From contig NC_057719.1 in NCBI RefSeq assembly GCF_004010195.1, positions 20,163,433 through 20,227,432 of the forward strand: a DNA stretch of 64,000 nucleotides, written 5' to 3'. The notes under the pieces are model-generated. The model worked only from the letters and a program-made list of their open reading frames with translations, ran no database searches and had not been told where the DNA came from. Every line of letters begins with the position of its first letter. The stretch's first letter is position 1. This DNA comes from Chiloscyllium plagiosum (Eukaryota). This document shows positions 1 to 12,695 of the stretch, piece by piece. Position numbers and translations under genes: made by a program.

Positions 1-507
1 TTTTGGGCAGGAGGTAGAAGCGGGCGGTGCGGGGTTGTGGGACTATGAGGTTGGAGGCGGTGGATGGGAGGTCCCCTGAGGTGATGAGGTTATGGATGGT
101 CTGGGAGATGATGGTTTGGTGGTGAGGGGTGGGGTCATGGTCAAGGGGACGGTAGGAGGAGGTATCTGCGAGCTGGCGTTTGGCCTCAGCGGTGTAAAGG
201 TCAGTGCGCCAAACTACTACTGCGCCTCCCTTGATGGTGAGTTTGGGGTTGGAACGGAGGGAGTGGAGGGCTGCGCGTTCCGAGGGTGAGAGGTTGGAGT
301 GGGTGGGAGGGGTGTGGGAGTTCAGGTAGCGGTTAATATCGCGGCGACAGTTTGCTATGAAGAGGTCGAGGGCAGGTAGGAGGCCAGCACGAGGTGTCCA
401 GGTGGACGGGGTGTGTTGGAGGTGGGAGAAGGGGTCGTCAGAGGGTGGGCGAGAGTCTTGATTGAAGAAGAAGGCACGGAGGCGAAGGCGGCGGAAGAAT
501 TGTTCAA
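1..507 (-). mobile_element. Penelope-like element, N-terminal part of RT ORF (runs off the window edge)
   Basis: Reverse strand reads EQFFRRLRLRAFFFNQ...SNLSPSERAALHSLRSNPKLTIK[PADK missing]GGAVVVWRTDLY...PRTARFYLLPK, the typical PLE RT N-terminal motifs. Confidence 0.9.
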
Positions 508-559
508 ACTAGGCAAATTTTTCAACCTTTTTAACCTTTTATGATGGGGTATTTAGTGG

Positions 560-1260
560 AAGAGTTGGCAGGACATGTTACAGTTGTATAAGACTTTGGT
601 TCAGCCACATTTGGAATACTGTGTCCAGTTCTAGTCGCCACATTATCAAAAGGATATAGATGTTTTGGACAGGGTGCAGAGCAGGACGTTACCTGATATG
701 GAGGCTGCTAGCTATGAAGAGAAGTTGAGTAGATTAGAATTATTTTCATTAGAAAGACAGAGATTGAGGGGGGACCTGATTGAGGTCTATAAAATTACGA
801 GAGGTATAGACAGGGTGGATAGCAAGAAGCTTTTTTCCCAGAGTGGGGTCTCAAATACAAGGGATCATGAGTTCAAAGTGAGAGGAGAAAAGTTTAGGGG
901 AATTATGCTTGGAAAGTTCTTTATGCAAAGAGTGTTAGGTGCCTGGAAGGCATTGCCAGGGGAGGTGGTAGAGGTGGGTATGATGGTGTCATTTAAGATG
1001 TATCTGGACAGATTCATGAATGGTCAGGGAGCAGAGGGAGACAGATCCTTAGGAAATAGGTGGCAGGTTTAGATAGAGGATCTGGATTGGCGCAGTTTGG
1101 AGCGCTGAAACCAGAACTGTATGCAGTATGCCAAATGTGTGTTGGATGCTAGGACAGTGAGCAAATTCAAGGAGGAGATGGACAGATTTTTAATTGCTAA
1201 TGGGTTGAAGGATTACGTTCCTGTGCTGTAATTTTCTTTGTTCTTTGTTTTTGTTCTTTT
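560..1260 (+). mobile_element. CR1/HER1-type LINE, 5'-truncated 3' end
   Basis: ORF 665-1072 contains LELFSLERQRLRGDLIEVYKI (CR1 ORF2 C-terminus); ends in a (ttctttg)n-like tail. Confidence 0.9.
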
Positions 1261-1984
1261 ATGAATTTGGTCTTCACTCCAAGCACGAGTTCAGGTTATA
1301 TGGTATGAACAATATAGTTTAATTTTCTCTGCTTAAACTGTAGATATAGTTCATTCTATCTTGGATTTATACATCTCAGTAACTGCATAACACACAGGGG
1401 AAAACTGCAACTGTCATCCCTCTGTGACATTTTTGGGTTTAATGTGAAGATTTTAATTTATTCTCAAAATGGCCTCCTCTAATTTCCATGGCAATGCAAA
1501 ACACATTTACCTTTTATTTGTCAGTTAGTTAGGGTTCTTTGATCCCAACATTCTTGCAGCTTGTCAGTAAGGAGGTGTATGACAAAACTGTTTGCAATGT
1601 TACAGGGACATCAAGAGACTCAAAAGCTGCTTTGAAACAGTTCTTATTTTCCCTAAGTGTAAATGCCTTGTCCTTCACACTAAGAAAAATTATCTGAATC
1701 TATGTTTGATCTTTAGCAATTAAACCACTCAGTTTAGTCTCAGGCATATGACCACTTTCATTTACCTTAAATTTAAAAATATGGTCTAAATGACAATAAT
1801 TTTAAAATCTAAAAGCACAGTCTTAAAATACAATGCTTTTCTAAATCCCACAATGTTAGCTATCTCTGCTGAATGCAAGCCATTCACAACTGGGGTAGAG
1901 TTGCTTAGTCACTGTCAACGATCCACTGTCTTGTCGCATTGATAATTTGCGACTTGTGAACTGCTGACATTGCTGCTTTTCAAG

Positions 1985-2005
1985 GGCAGGAGAATGAAGA
2001 TGAGG
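1985..2005 (+). other. Candidate 21-nt microexon of an unidentified host transcript
   Basis: ctgac..ttgctgcttttcaag|GGCAGGAGAATGAAGATGAGG|gtgaga; frame-preserving, purine-rich, in repeat-free sequence. Confidence 0.3.
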
Positions 2006-3087
2006 GTGAGATAGTGTTCCATCCTTAATAAGTGTATCATTATCTTTGATTCACTGGTTAAGGCACAGCATGAGTGTAAGCAAGTGATGCTAAGGGTACC
2101 CATAAAGTGATGCAGAGACAGGTGTACCAGTAAATGAATGTGAATAGTGAGTGATCTCTTCACTTTCCCTGTAAGGGCTAGTGCCTAGAATCAGGATGAA
2201 ACCTTTGCAAACAATTACTTCTTGTGTGGTCTGAAAATCAAAGCCTTTTTTTAAAAAAGATGTGACAAATAAAGCAAACATATTTTAATAATAGCTAAGA
2301 AGAATTAAAGGGTGATGGTTGTAAGTTGAAGTGAAGATTTTAAAAATGCTTTTGATCTTGAGTCGAAAAAAGAGCTGTGTAGTCATTTTAATACAGCATG
2401 GTTCATAAATAAAAGATTAGAAATGGTTTGTCATTGAAGGGCAGTGTAGAGATTTTATAGAGGGGAAATTCTGAATAATAACTGACCAAGAACTAATGCT
2501 ATCAAAGAGTTTCAGGGAGCACTTTGTACCTGAATTGTCTTTTTAGCTGAAGCTTGTACAAAGACAAGGGAATCCATTGTAACTTCAATGAAATTACTAT
2601 TAACATGAAGCTTGGCATATGATCAAGGTATGTACTATTCACAGCACAATTTGTTGAGGTCAATGTAGAACACAGGACAGACAATTATACATTCTCTCTG
2701 TAGGGCAAAATAAAATTATAAGCTGCATTTCACTGTGCAGTATAAATTTGTGACGTTGTCTTCCTTTCATAATTTTCATGTTTCAAATATAGTGGAATTG
2801 AACAGTGACTAAAGCAGGTGAAGTTGTTGAATACTGCATTTTTATACCTGGCTTTTCCCTGTCCAAGTACAATAAAAGGCATAGCGACTCAAGGGAGTAT
2901 TGGAGTACCATGTTTTAGAACACACAAAGCATTGTCCTTTCAGATTTATGTTCATCAAGGTGAGATAAATCAATGTTAGGGAAAGAAACCACTGCTTTCA
3001 GTTTTGTCCCTGTGAGCAGAAAGCATTTCTAGTGCCAAATCATCCACTGACTGAAGTTAATGACCTACTCATCTGTCCAGCATTAGT

Positions 3088-3261
3088 AGAAAGTGAGGAC
3101 TGCAGATGCTGGAGATCAGAGTCAAAAAGTGTGGTGCAATAAAAGCACAGCAGGTCAGGAATCCGGGATATTCTTTTGAAGAGCTTAAGCTCGAAACGTT
3201 GATGTCCTGCTCCTTGGATGCTGCCTGACTGGCTGTGCTTTTCCAGCGCCACACGTTTTGA
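3088..3261. mobile_element. Fold-back PLE mini-insertion with 15-bp TSD
   Basis: Inverted PLE terminal-repeat arms; ctgtccagcattagt at 3073-3087 and 3262-3276; hammerhead remnant gagcttaagctcgaaacgtt at 3181-3200. Confidence 0.85.
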
Positions 3262-4079
3262 CTGTCCAGCATTAGTCCTGAGTAAAAACACAGAGGCTGT
3301 CTTAGTATTGTTCTTAAAGGGTTCATAAGTCTGTTGATACAATTTTAATGCTGTTGTTACCACTTTCAGAAGTTCAAGTCCATCCCAATTTTTTTCAGTC
3401 CCATACCAAGGAAAGGTTCATCATTATTTTTAATCAGATTTCTAATTATAGACCTATTCATTTATGACATCAATTAAAGACTTCAGTTATGCAGCTGAAA
3501 ATTTTCCACTCGCTTCACTTGTATTGTGTTCACATTCAGGGATCAGAAATGAGACAGCCCAAAGTATCATTCAATCACAATCTATTTTAATGTCCAATCA
3601 ACAAATTTTTTCTTCAATGCCTATACTCAATCCACTTTACCAATTAGTTTGTCGACAAAAGGCTTCCGGAACTTGAGATTATGATGTAGTTTATAATCAT
3701 GAATAACTGGTCTGCTTTGTGGGTTCCTATACATATTTAAAGACATTTATATGTCTCACCTATTAAACACAATATACACAAAGCCCTCAGTATAAATCTC
3801 CAAGAGTAGTTTTCTCACTACTTACAGTGAGGTAGTGTATTTTCTGCATTTTTACAGAGTAGATTATGCTACACTAAAACCCATTTCTTCTTTCAGGATC
3901 ATCACATCAACATGTAAAATGATTGCCATCCAGACTCAAAATTTTAACTTGCTCTCCCTCCATGGATGCTGTTTGACCCAATCTGATCACCAGCATTTGT
4001 TGTTTTCAAAACATGAGACAACTTTATTGAGTGTGAATAAGACTGATCTCTGAATGTGAATAGGAATGGGACAGAACCT

Positions 4080-4825
4080 AGAGTTATAGAGTCATAAAGC
4101 ATAGGGATAGACCCTTCAGTCCAAAAGGTACACACTGACCATGATCCCAGATTAAACTAGTCCCACCTACCTACACTTGGCCCATATCCCTCCAAACATT
4201 CCTATTCATGAACTTATCCAAATGCGTTTTAAACATGCTAACTGTATCTGCATCCACCACTTCCTCTGGCAGTTCATTCCTCATATGAACCGCTCTCTGT
4301 AAAAATGTTGCCCCTCATGTCCACTTTAAATTTTTCTCCTCTCACCTTAAAAATATGCCCCCTAGTTTTGAACTTTCCCCTCCCTAGAGGAAAGTCTCTT
4401 GTCATTCACCTTTTCTATGCACCTCGTGAATTTATAAACTTCTAAAAAGTCACCCCTCAACCTCCTGTGCTCCAATGAAAATGTTCTGAGACTTTCCAGT
4501 CTATTATTATATCTCAAACCCTCTATTCCTGACAAAAACTTGATGAATCTTTTCAGACCATCTCGAGTTTAATAGTATCTTTTCTGTAATAGGACGACCA
4601 GGATTACACACGGTACTCCAAATGAGGCCTCACCAAAGTGAAGGAACCTCAACATGACATCACAACTCCTATACTCAAAGTTCTCAGCATTAAAAATAAG
4701 CTTTAAACATCTTCTTAATCACCCTGTCTACCTGTCAACCAAATTTCAAAGAATTATGTACTTAAACCTGTTGATCTTTCTGTTCTACAACCCCACCCAT
4801 GGCCCTAGTGTACTAATCTTCTGTT
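4080..4825 (-). mobile_element. CR1/HER1-type LINE 3' fragment
   Basis: Reverse complement of the CR1 3' region and tail (agagtcata..., ccaccacttcctctggcagttcattcc). Confidence 0.85.
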
Positions 4826-5462
4826 CATTGAAGAAGGTGTTTGGTATGCTTTCCTTTATTGGTCACAGTATTGAGTACAGGAGTTGGGAGGTCATGTTGC
4901 AGCTGTACAGGACATTGGTTAGGCCACTGTTGGAATATTGCTTGCAATTCTGGTCTTCTTCTTATCAGAAGGATGTTGTGAAAAGATTTACAAGGATGGA
5001 GCCAAATTTGGAGGATTTGAGCGAGAGGGAGAGGTTGAATAGACTGGGGCTGTTTTCCCCGGAGCATCGGAGGCTGAGGGGTGACCTTACAAATGTTTAT
5101 AAAATCAGGAGGGACATGGATAGGATAAATTGACAAAGTCTCTTCCCTCGGTTGGGGGAATCCAGAACTAGAGGGCATAGGTTTAGGGTGATGGGGAAAG
5201 ATATAAAAGAGACCTAAGGGGCAACCTTTTTGCGCAGAGGGTGTTATGTGTATGGAATGAGCTGCCAGAGGACGTGGTGAAGGCTAGTACAATTACAACA
5301 TCTAAAAGGTATCTGGATGGGTATATGAATAGGAAGAGTGTGGAGACATATGGGCCAGATGCTGACAGGTGGGGCTAGATTGGGTTGAGACATCTGGTCA
5401 GCATGGGCAGGGTGGACCGAAGGGTCTGTTTCCATGCTGTACATCTCTATGACTCTATGACA
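4826..5462 (+). mobile_element. CR1/HER1-type LINE 3' fragment
   Basis: LYRTLVRPLLEYCLQFWS...RRLRGDL; (ctctatga)n tail at about 5445-5460. Confidence 0.9.
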
Positions 5463-5609
5463 CTCAGTAACTATGGAGAAAATAATAGATTTTTCAATGA
5501 AGGCATTGTAAGATAGTCTAATTAAGTTAACCTTCAAATAATCTTCATCAACGGAATGCACTTGATAGAAATCACTCCTTTTATTCTTCACAAATCACTG
5601 CCTGGTTTT

Positions 5610-6908
5610 AGCTGAAAATGTGTTGCTGGAAAAGCGCAGCAGGTCAGGCAGCATCCAAGGAGCAGGAGAATCGACGTTTCGGGCATGACCTCTTCTTCAG
5701 GAATGAGGAATGTGTGTCCAGCAGGCTAAGATAAAAGGTAGGGAGGAGGGACTTGGGGGAGGGGCGTTGGAAATGAGATAGGTGGAAGGAGGGTAAGGTG
5801 AGGGTGATAGGCCGGAGTGGGGGTGGGGGCGGAGAGGTCAGGAAGAAGATTGCAGGTTAGGAAGGTGGTGCTGAGTTTGAGGGTTGGGACTGAGNNNNNN
5901 NNNNNNNNNNNNNNNNNNNNNNNNNNNNNNNNNNNNNNNNNNNNNNNNNNNNNNNNNNNNNNNNNNNNNNNNNNNNNNNNNNNNNNNNNNNNNNNNNNNN
6001 NNNNNNNNNNNNNNNNNNNNNNNNNNNNNNNNNNNNNNNNNNNNNNNNNNNNNNNNNNNNNNNNNNNNNNNNNNNNNNNNNNNNNNNNNNNNNNNNNNNN
6101 NNNNNNNNNNNNNNNNNNNNNNNNNNNNNNNNNNNNNNNNNNNNNNNNNNNNNNNNNNNNNNNNNNNNNNNNNNNNNNNNNNNNNNNNNNNNNNNNNNNN
6201 NNNNNNNNNNNNNNNNNNNNNNNNNNNNNNNNNNNNNNNNNNNNNNNNNNNNNNNNNNNNNNNNNNNNNNNNNNNNNNNNNNNNNNNNNNNNNNNNNNNN
6301 NNNNNNNNNNNNNNNNNNNNNNNNNNNNNNNNNNNNNNNNNNNNNNNNNNNNNNNNNNNNNNNNNNNNNNNNNNNNNNNNNNNNNNNNNNNNNNNNNNNN
6401 NNNNNNNNNNNNNNNNNNNNNNNNNNNNNNNNNNNNNNNNNNNNNNNNNNNNNNNNNNNNNNNNNNNNNNNNNNNNNNNNNNNNNNNNNNNNNNNNNNNN
6501 NNNNNNNNNNNNNNNNNNNNNNNNGTAGTCTAGGTAGCTGTGGGAGTCGGTCGGTTTATAGTAAATGTCTGTGTTGATTCAGTCACCCGAGATAGAAATG
6601 GAGAGGTCTAGGAAGGGGAGGGAGGAGTCTGAGACGGTCCAGGTAAATTTGAGGTCGGGGTGGAAGGTGTTGGTGAAGTGGATGAACTGTTCAACCTCCT
6701 CGTGGGAGCATGAGGCAGTGCCGATACAGTCATTGATGTAGCGGAGGAAAAGGTGGGGAGGTGGTGCCAGTGTAGCTGAGGAAGATGGACTGTTCCACAT
6801 ATCCTACGAAGAGACGGGCATTGCTGGGTCCCATGCGGGATCCCATGGCTACTCCTTTGGTTTGGAGGAAGTGGGAGGATTGGAAAGAGAAGTTGTTCAG
6901 AGTGAGGA
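5610..6908 (-). mobile_element. Penelope-like element (RT core plus terminal repeat), spanning an assembly gap
   Basis: Reverse strand LTLNNFSFQSSHFLQTKGVAMGSRMGP and FLRYINDCIG (YIDD motif mutated to YIND); terminal repeat with hammerhead motif at about 5668-5705, helix II mutated. Confidence 0.9.
5895..6524. other. Assembly gap (N run)
   Basis: Run of N. Confidence 1.
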
Positions 6909-7805
6909 CTAGTTTTAACTGGTTTTAACTGGTTTTTGTAAAGAAAATCCAGCTTTGTTTCAAACCTTCAATAAGGTTACTGGTAAACCAATTTAACACA
7001 TATCAGTTGCAACATTTTGGTTGCAATGGGGATATTGACTGGTAGTCACAGAGAATGCTGCATTGCCTCTTATTGGGAAGGCCTCTTGCATCTTGTTCTA
7101 GGGCCCAAGGGGTGAAGACACTGCCTACCAAGAATTACCAAGCAATCAATGTCATCACCATCAGGATGTCATGGCTGCTGCCAGTAAAACACCCACCAAA
7201 GTTCCAGGGTCATCACTGGATCACTTACTGAATGGGTGAGTAGATGAACAATGAGTGATCGGAGTTGAACGGATCAGTGGGTGGGTGACAGTAGGTGAAT
7301 GAGGAAAGTGGGTAGGATGGAGGGGTGGAAAGTGGGTAAAGTTTCAGGTGGTTAGAGAAAAGCTCTTGAGAAAGTAGGTCAGGAGGTAGTCAGATGAGGA
7401 GGAATAGTGAGGTCTGGTTGGAGGGACTATTAGATAGTGGAAATAGTCAGGTCTAGTCCTTGTAATAGCTGAGTGGTTAGGAGCTCTCAACAAGGGGTCA
7501 GACATGTAATGAGGGAATAGGGCTGAGTATTTGACAAGTCAATTCCAGAATTATGCAGGAGTTCAAATTAGACTTTTATGTGTCATGATTCCTGAGTAAC
7601 CATTCCAGTAAGTCCTACAAAATTTTCCTCAGTCTCGGACCTTGGCTCAGAGTCAGAGGCTTACAAAGCAAGTTCTGGGGAGAAACGGAATTGTCCATCA
7701 CAAGATTAAATGTCCCAAGAGTCTTCACATTTCAAAGACTGGAATATTTGGGCCATTCTATACTTCTGTAAGAAGCACATCCATTCTTCGAAACTTCATT
7801 TTTTT

Positions 7806-8148
7806 TTAGAATCCCCACTGCGTGGAAACAGGCCATTTGGCCTGATGAATCCACACCAACCTCCCAAAGAGCATCCAACCCAGACCCAACATCTTACCCT
7901 GTAACCATGCATTTCCCATGGCTAATGCACCTAACCTACACATCCCTGTACACTGTAGCATGGCCTATATACCTAACTTTGCACATCATTGGAATGTGGG
8001 AGGAAACTGGAGCGTCCAATGCAAACCCATGCAGACACAGGGAAAACATGCAAACTCCACACAGACAGTTGCCTGAGCCTGGATTCAAACCCAGGTCCCT
8101 GCTCCTGTGAGGCAGCAGTACTAACTATCAAGATACTGTGTCACCCCT
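7806..8148 (-). mobile_element. HE1-type V-SINE (tRNA-derived)
   Basis: Reverse complement of the HE1 head and core (ctgtgaggcagcagt; tgcaaactccacacagacag) and of the HER1-like tail. Confidence 0.85.
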
Positions 8149-8794
8149 AAAGTTATACCAGTGGCAGCTATCTAACCTGTGGGATGTTCAAATATACCTT
8201 TCACTCTTAACAGATTCACCATACAAACTCTTACAGCTCTGAAGGACATTATTTGTCCATACTGCCTATTGTGATTCAAGAAAGAACTATTCACTTCGTC
8301 TCACTCTGCTGTAATTTCCCTTTCGATTGTTTCTTTTCCTCCTTTTTGAGAATATATACAATTCCCTTTGGAAAGATGCAGTTGTAATTGTTTCACCCTT
8401 TGCAGGCAAAGTTTAATCATTAAAGTTTACTGCGTATTTTTCCCTTATCTTTCTTTGTTAGTTTTGCCAATTATGTTAAACATCTGGGGATCGGGTTGCT
8501 TTTTCAGAATGTATTAACAATATTTACCTGTCTTGGTAAAGGAGAATAAGTTATGACTGATTTCCCAATATGCTGGACGATTTAATGGTTTACCATCTTA
8601 AGTAGTTTGCAGTTACACTTCCAATTTGGTGGAAAAAACAATGATCTAACACTAACACTTGTATTGAGACTTTCAGCAAACCTGCTGACAAATAGCTATC
8701 TGATATTTTCAACAGTGTAATGTTACGTGAATGATCTGTTGCAAAATAGGTGACTGCATTCCATTGATAAAACGCATAAATCTAACATTAAAAA

Positions 8795-8925
8795 ATTGGA
8801 ACAAAAATACGAAAGATGCTGGGAATCTGAAGCTAACTTTAAAAAATGCTGGGAATATTCAACTGACCAGACTGCATCTTAGAAAGGAAAAGAGAGGTTC
8901 AGGCTGATTACCTGTCAGCAAATTT
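8795..8925. mobile_element. Old PLE terminal-repeat fragment (family 2)
   Basis: agatgctgggaatctgaa...aaatgctgggaatattcaactgaccagactgcatc resembles the family-2 arms at 11042 and 51190. Confidence 0.5.
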
Positions 8926-9018
8926 AGTCTTAGCCTTGGTTAATAACCAAATGATAAGACTGAATCAGGCTCCTTTGTGGCTATACAGGCTAAACCTACA
9001 AAACACGATTACTTATAT

Positions 9019-9078
9019 TACAATTATTAGATGAATATGGCATCAATACAATTATTAGATGAATATGGCATCAATACA
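9019..9078 (+). repeat. Perfect 28-bp tandem duplication
   Basis: tacaattattagatgaatatggcatcaa twice, plus taca. Confidence 0.95.
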
Positions 9079-9665
9079 GAGTTTTTCTTTACCGTAATTA
9101 TTTAACGATTGATGGTCCAATAGTTTTTTGTAAGCTTTCATACATGTAAATCAAATTAAAAGTATTGAAAACATGTTTTATGCAATGATAACTTGCTGTA
9201 TCATGTAAAGAGATGTAAATTAACTAAACCTCTAATCCAAAGTTGCTGGTTTGGCATTATTTTGTATAGAATTGATTTTCTACTGATCTTGGGTATTTTG
9301 CAATGCTGCGGATAAAAGAACATTTCTTTTCAGAAGATCACAAGATAGCATCAGATGAAAAGGGTGCTTGATCTCATCCTTTCAGAGCACCAATGTAGTG
9401 GTGTTTCTATTACTGTATGGGTGCATGTTGTTTCAATAAAATCCAATGCCTCGACCTCAAATCCTCAGCAACCTTCTCCTGGCTATTGAATGCCCAACGT
9501 GGAAATAATCCCTCCCTGAAATCTACTTCATTTCTCTCTTCACAAATTTAAATGTGTCCTATTGTTTGGTTGCAATGGCAACTACAAAAGTTCAACTTCT
9601 ATTCAAGTTTTTTTTGTATTTTATATTTTTCTTTTAACTTCCCTCAGAACATTTCTTTTCTAAGC

Positions 9666-10280
9666 AGAAGTCATCGAGTCCTGGAGTTGCGCACCATAGA
9701 AACAGACTGTTTGGTCCAACTCATCCATGCTGACCACAAATCCTAATTTAATACAGTCCCATTTCCCAGCATTTAGTCCATATCCCTCTAAACCCTTCCT
9801 ATTCATGTATGTATCCAGATGCCTGTTAAATGTTAGTAATTGTACCAGCCTCCACCACTTCCCCTGGCAACACATTCCACACACTCACCACCCTCTGTGT
9901 GAAAAGGTTGCCCCTTATGCTCCTTTTAAATATTTCCCCTCTCACCTTTAAACCTACCTCCTTTAGCTTTTGACTCCTCAACCCTGGGGAAAAGACCTTG
10001 GCTGTTCACCTTATCTATGCCCTTCATGTTTTTATAAATCTCTGCAAGGTCACCTCTCAGCCTTCAGGGAAAATAGCCACAACCTTTTCAGCCTCTCCCT
10101 TTTGCTCAAAGCCTCCAACCCTGGCAACGTCCTTGTAAATCCTTTCTGCATTCTTTCAAGTTTAACAATGTCTTTCCTCTAGTCGGGAGACCAGAACTGA
10201 ACACAGTATTCCAGACGTTGCTTAACTAATGTCCTTTATAGCAGCACAATGGTATGCCAACTTCTATACTCAATGCACGA
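9666..10280 (-). mobile_element. CR1/HER1-type LINE 3' fragment
   Basis: Reverse complement of the CR1 3' end; ORF 9660-9884 includes TFNRHLDTYMNRKGLEGYG. Confidence 0.9.
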
Positions 10281-11041
10281 TCGGTTTTACCTCAAGTATG
10301 GAGAACGCAAACAATAAGGTTCACAATAGCAATGTTCATCTGATTTGTTTTTATTCAGGTTTTTCAATATTTAGTTTATTTTGTTTTGTATAATATGAGC
10401 TGAGAGTTTATTAAACAATGTTAAGGTATGTGGGTGATAACAGTAAATAACCATTTATTTTGTTCATGTTTCACATCAATGAATTTATACTTCATTTATA
10501 AGCAAAGGATGTTGCAAAGAAGAGCTTTCCCATAAAATTTATTTGACTTATTTATGGAATGCTAAGAAAAGCATGAAAAAAATATAAATTTGGGGACATG
10601 TATCCTCACCATTTTTCTTGAAATCTATTATTTAGAAACTTACCAACTTGAGGTTATTTATCTGAGACTTTTGTCAGCTACAGTCAGTATAAGGAGTGGA
10701 TATATTAAGACCATAAAAAAAGAGAAACCTGAGTCGGCTGTTGGCTCCTTAAGACGACTCCATCAAATCAATAGGATCATGGCTGATCTAACTTTCGTCA
10801 CGTTCACTTTTGTGTGTTTTTCCCCATAACCCTCAATTTCCTGACTGTTCAAGAATCTATCTACCGCAGCCTTAAATGCACAAGGAAACCATGCTGATCA
10901 GCATGATAATAATGTCCAGTTTCCTACTCCGAGGTTATTTGAAAAGGTCAACACCAGGGAATTGCACCTCAATGCCAATTAATGCTGACTGTCTGCGATT
11001 GTTACTGAATGTCCAGATGGACCTGCATCCTAAGATGACCA

Positions 11042-11182
11042 AAACAAGAACATAAATTGCTGAAGAAACTCAGCAGGTATGGCAGCATCTTTGGATAGAA
11101 AGCAAAGTTAACGTTTCAGATACAGTGACCTTTCTTGTTCTTGTTTTGAATTTCCAGCATTTGCAGCTCTCTTTTTTTAACC
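11042..11182. mobile_element. PLE family-2 mini-insertion with 13-bp TSD
   Basis: cctaagatgacca at 11029-11041 and 11183-11195 flanks gaaactcagcagg..ggcagcatc..gttaacgtttc; short inverted end. Confidence 0.75.
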
Positions 11183-11374
11183 CCTAAGATGACCAGTTTC
11201 TTCAAAATATTAGAAAATGAAGCAGGTCACTTCGCCCCAGAGACTGCTCCACCATTCATTTAGATCATGGATGATCATGGAACTTTGCTCCATATTCTCC
11301 GGTATTCTTATCTCATAAAATCTCTCAATGTTGACCTTGAAAGCTCCAGTAATTGCCACATCCGCAGCATCTTC

Positions 11375-11650
11375 TGTATTCCCAATTGTGGGTGTCACTG
11401 GCTAGGCCAGCACTTATTGCCCATTTCCGGTTGTCCAGAAGGCAATCAAGCATCAACCACATTGCTGTGGTTCTGGGATCACATGTCCGCTAGGATGGCA
11501 GCTTTCCTTCAATCAGTAGGGTCATCATTTGACTAGTTTTTAATTGAACTCAAATTGTTGGGTCACACACCCATGACCTCATAACATTAGCCTGGGGTCC
11601 TATGTTATCAGACCAGTGACAGTACCATCATGCTATTGCGTGACCCTCAT
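11375..11650 (-). mobile_element. tRNA-derived SINE family B
   Basis: Reverse complement of the family seen at 47508 and 59370 (ggccagcacttattgcccat; caaccacattgctgtgg). Confidence 0.7.
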
Positions 11651-12404
11651 TAGGGAAGGGAAGCTGATGAAAGAATCATTAATGGTTATAAATAATTTTC
11701 CTATCACTCAATGGATATTGACCCAATTTTTCATGTTAATTTGGGGATGTAAGAAAGCTCATCTATCAGTTATTAATATTTCAAATCTAATATTAACATA
11801 AAAATGGCATAATGGTTTTGTTCTGCACTTTTGCAAAAGACTGCTATGTATCTTTTAGACAGAATTGCAGTACGGGGATGCAGTCAAGTGTAACTTGATG
11901 AATTCATAATGGATGTGACTCCCAGTCTGCATATCAAGGAGCAAGAGAAAATAATAGTCAACCTGTTCAGTTTATAGAATTGCCATAACATTAATCCTAA
12001 AGAAATGATGGTTGCAATGAAGATTTGATAACTGTAATTGGTAAGAAATACTGGCTTCAGGGAGGACAGTTTAAAAGACTCTTGAAATGTGATATGAATT
12101 TCTGGCTATCAGGCAAGAGGTTGTTCAATTATCAGAGTCAAAGGACAGACATCTTAGAATTAATCTGTTGCATATGTTCAATTCACATTCAAGGGACTTC
12201 GCTGGTATAAACTAAAATTCAATGCAATAACTAACACAACAGAAGATCGAACCAGACATCAATATCTGTCCCTAAAATACCATTTTCATTCACATGTTAA
12301 AGACAATTGCATTATTTCCAGTTTATTGTTTTATGGTAATTCAGAAAGGAAGGAAATATTGACAAGCCAGTTCAATGGTTGATCTTAGCTGTTGAATATT
12401 ACTG

Positions 12405-12695
12405 CAGGTTTTACTCAGGATCGTGTCCTAGGTCCAAAACTTCAGTTGCTTTATTAGTTCCTTCCATCATAAGGTTAGAAGCAGGGATGTTCCCTGATGA
12501 TTACACAGCACCACTCATGACTCCACAGACCCTGAAGTAATCCATGTCCAATTACAGGAAGATTTGGACAACATGCAGACTTGGAATGTTAAGGAATATT
12601 CATACCATACATATAGCAACCAATGGTAATTTTCAATGGCTATTTCCAACAAGAGAGAATCCAACCATTGCATTTTGACATTCAATGGTATTACT
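12405..12695 (+). mobile_element. LINE family B (L2/CR1 group), RT fragment, 5' part of a split copy
   Basis: Decayed PQGSVLGP-like (tactcaggatcgtgtcctaggtcca) and MFxDD-like (atgttccctgatgat) codons; continues at 15193. Confidence 0.75.

Noticed and set aside
2944..2959. 16-nt exon candidate cag|ATTTATGTTCATCAAG|gtgaga, and a 30-nt candidate at about 9334
   Set aside because: The first shifts frame and has a short pyrimidine tract; the second has a weak donor. Both are expected by chance.
5817..6533. Long ORFs over 5817-6533 and 56045-56952
   Set aside because: Their length comes from translating N runs; the real portions are PLE sequence.
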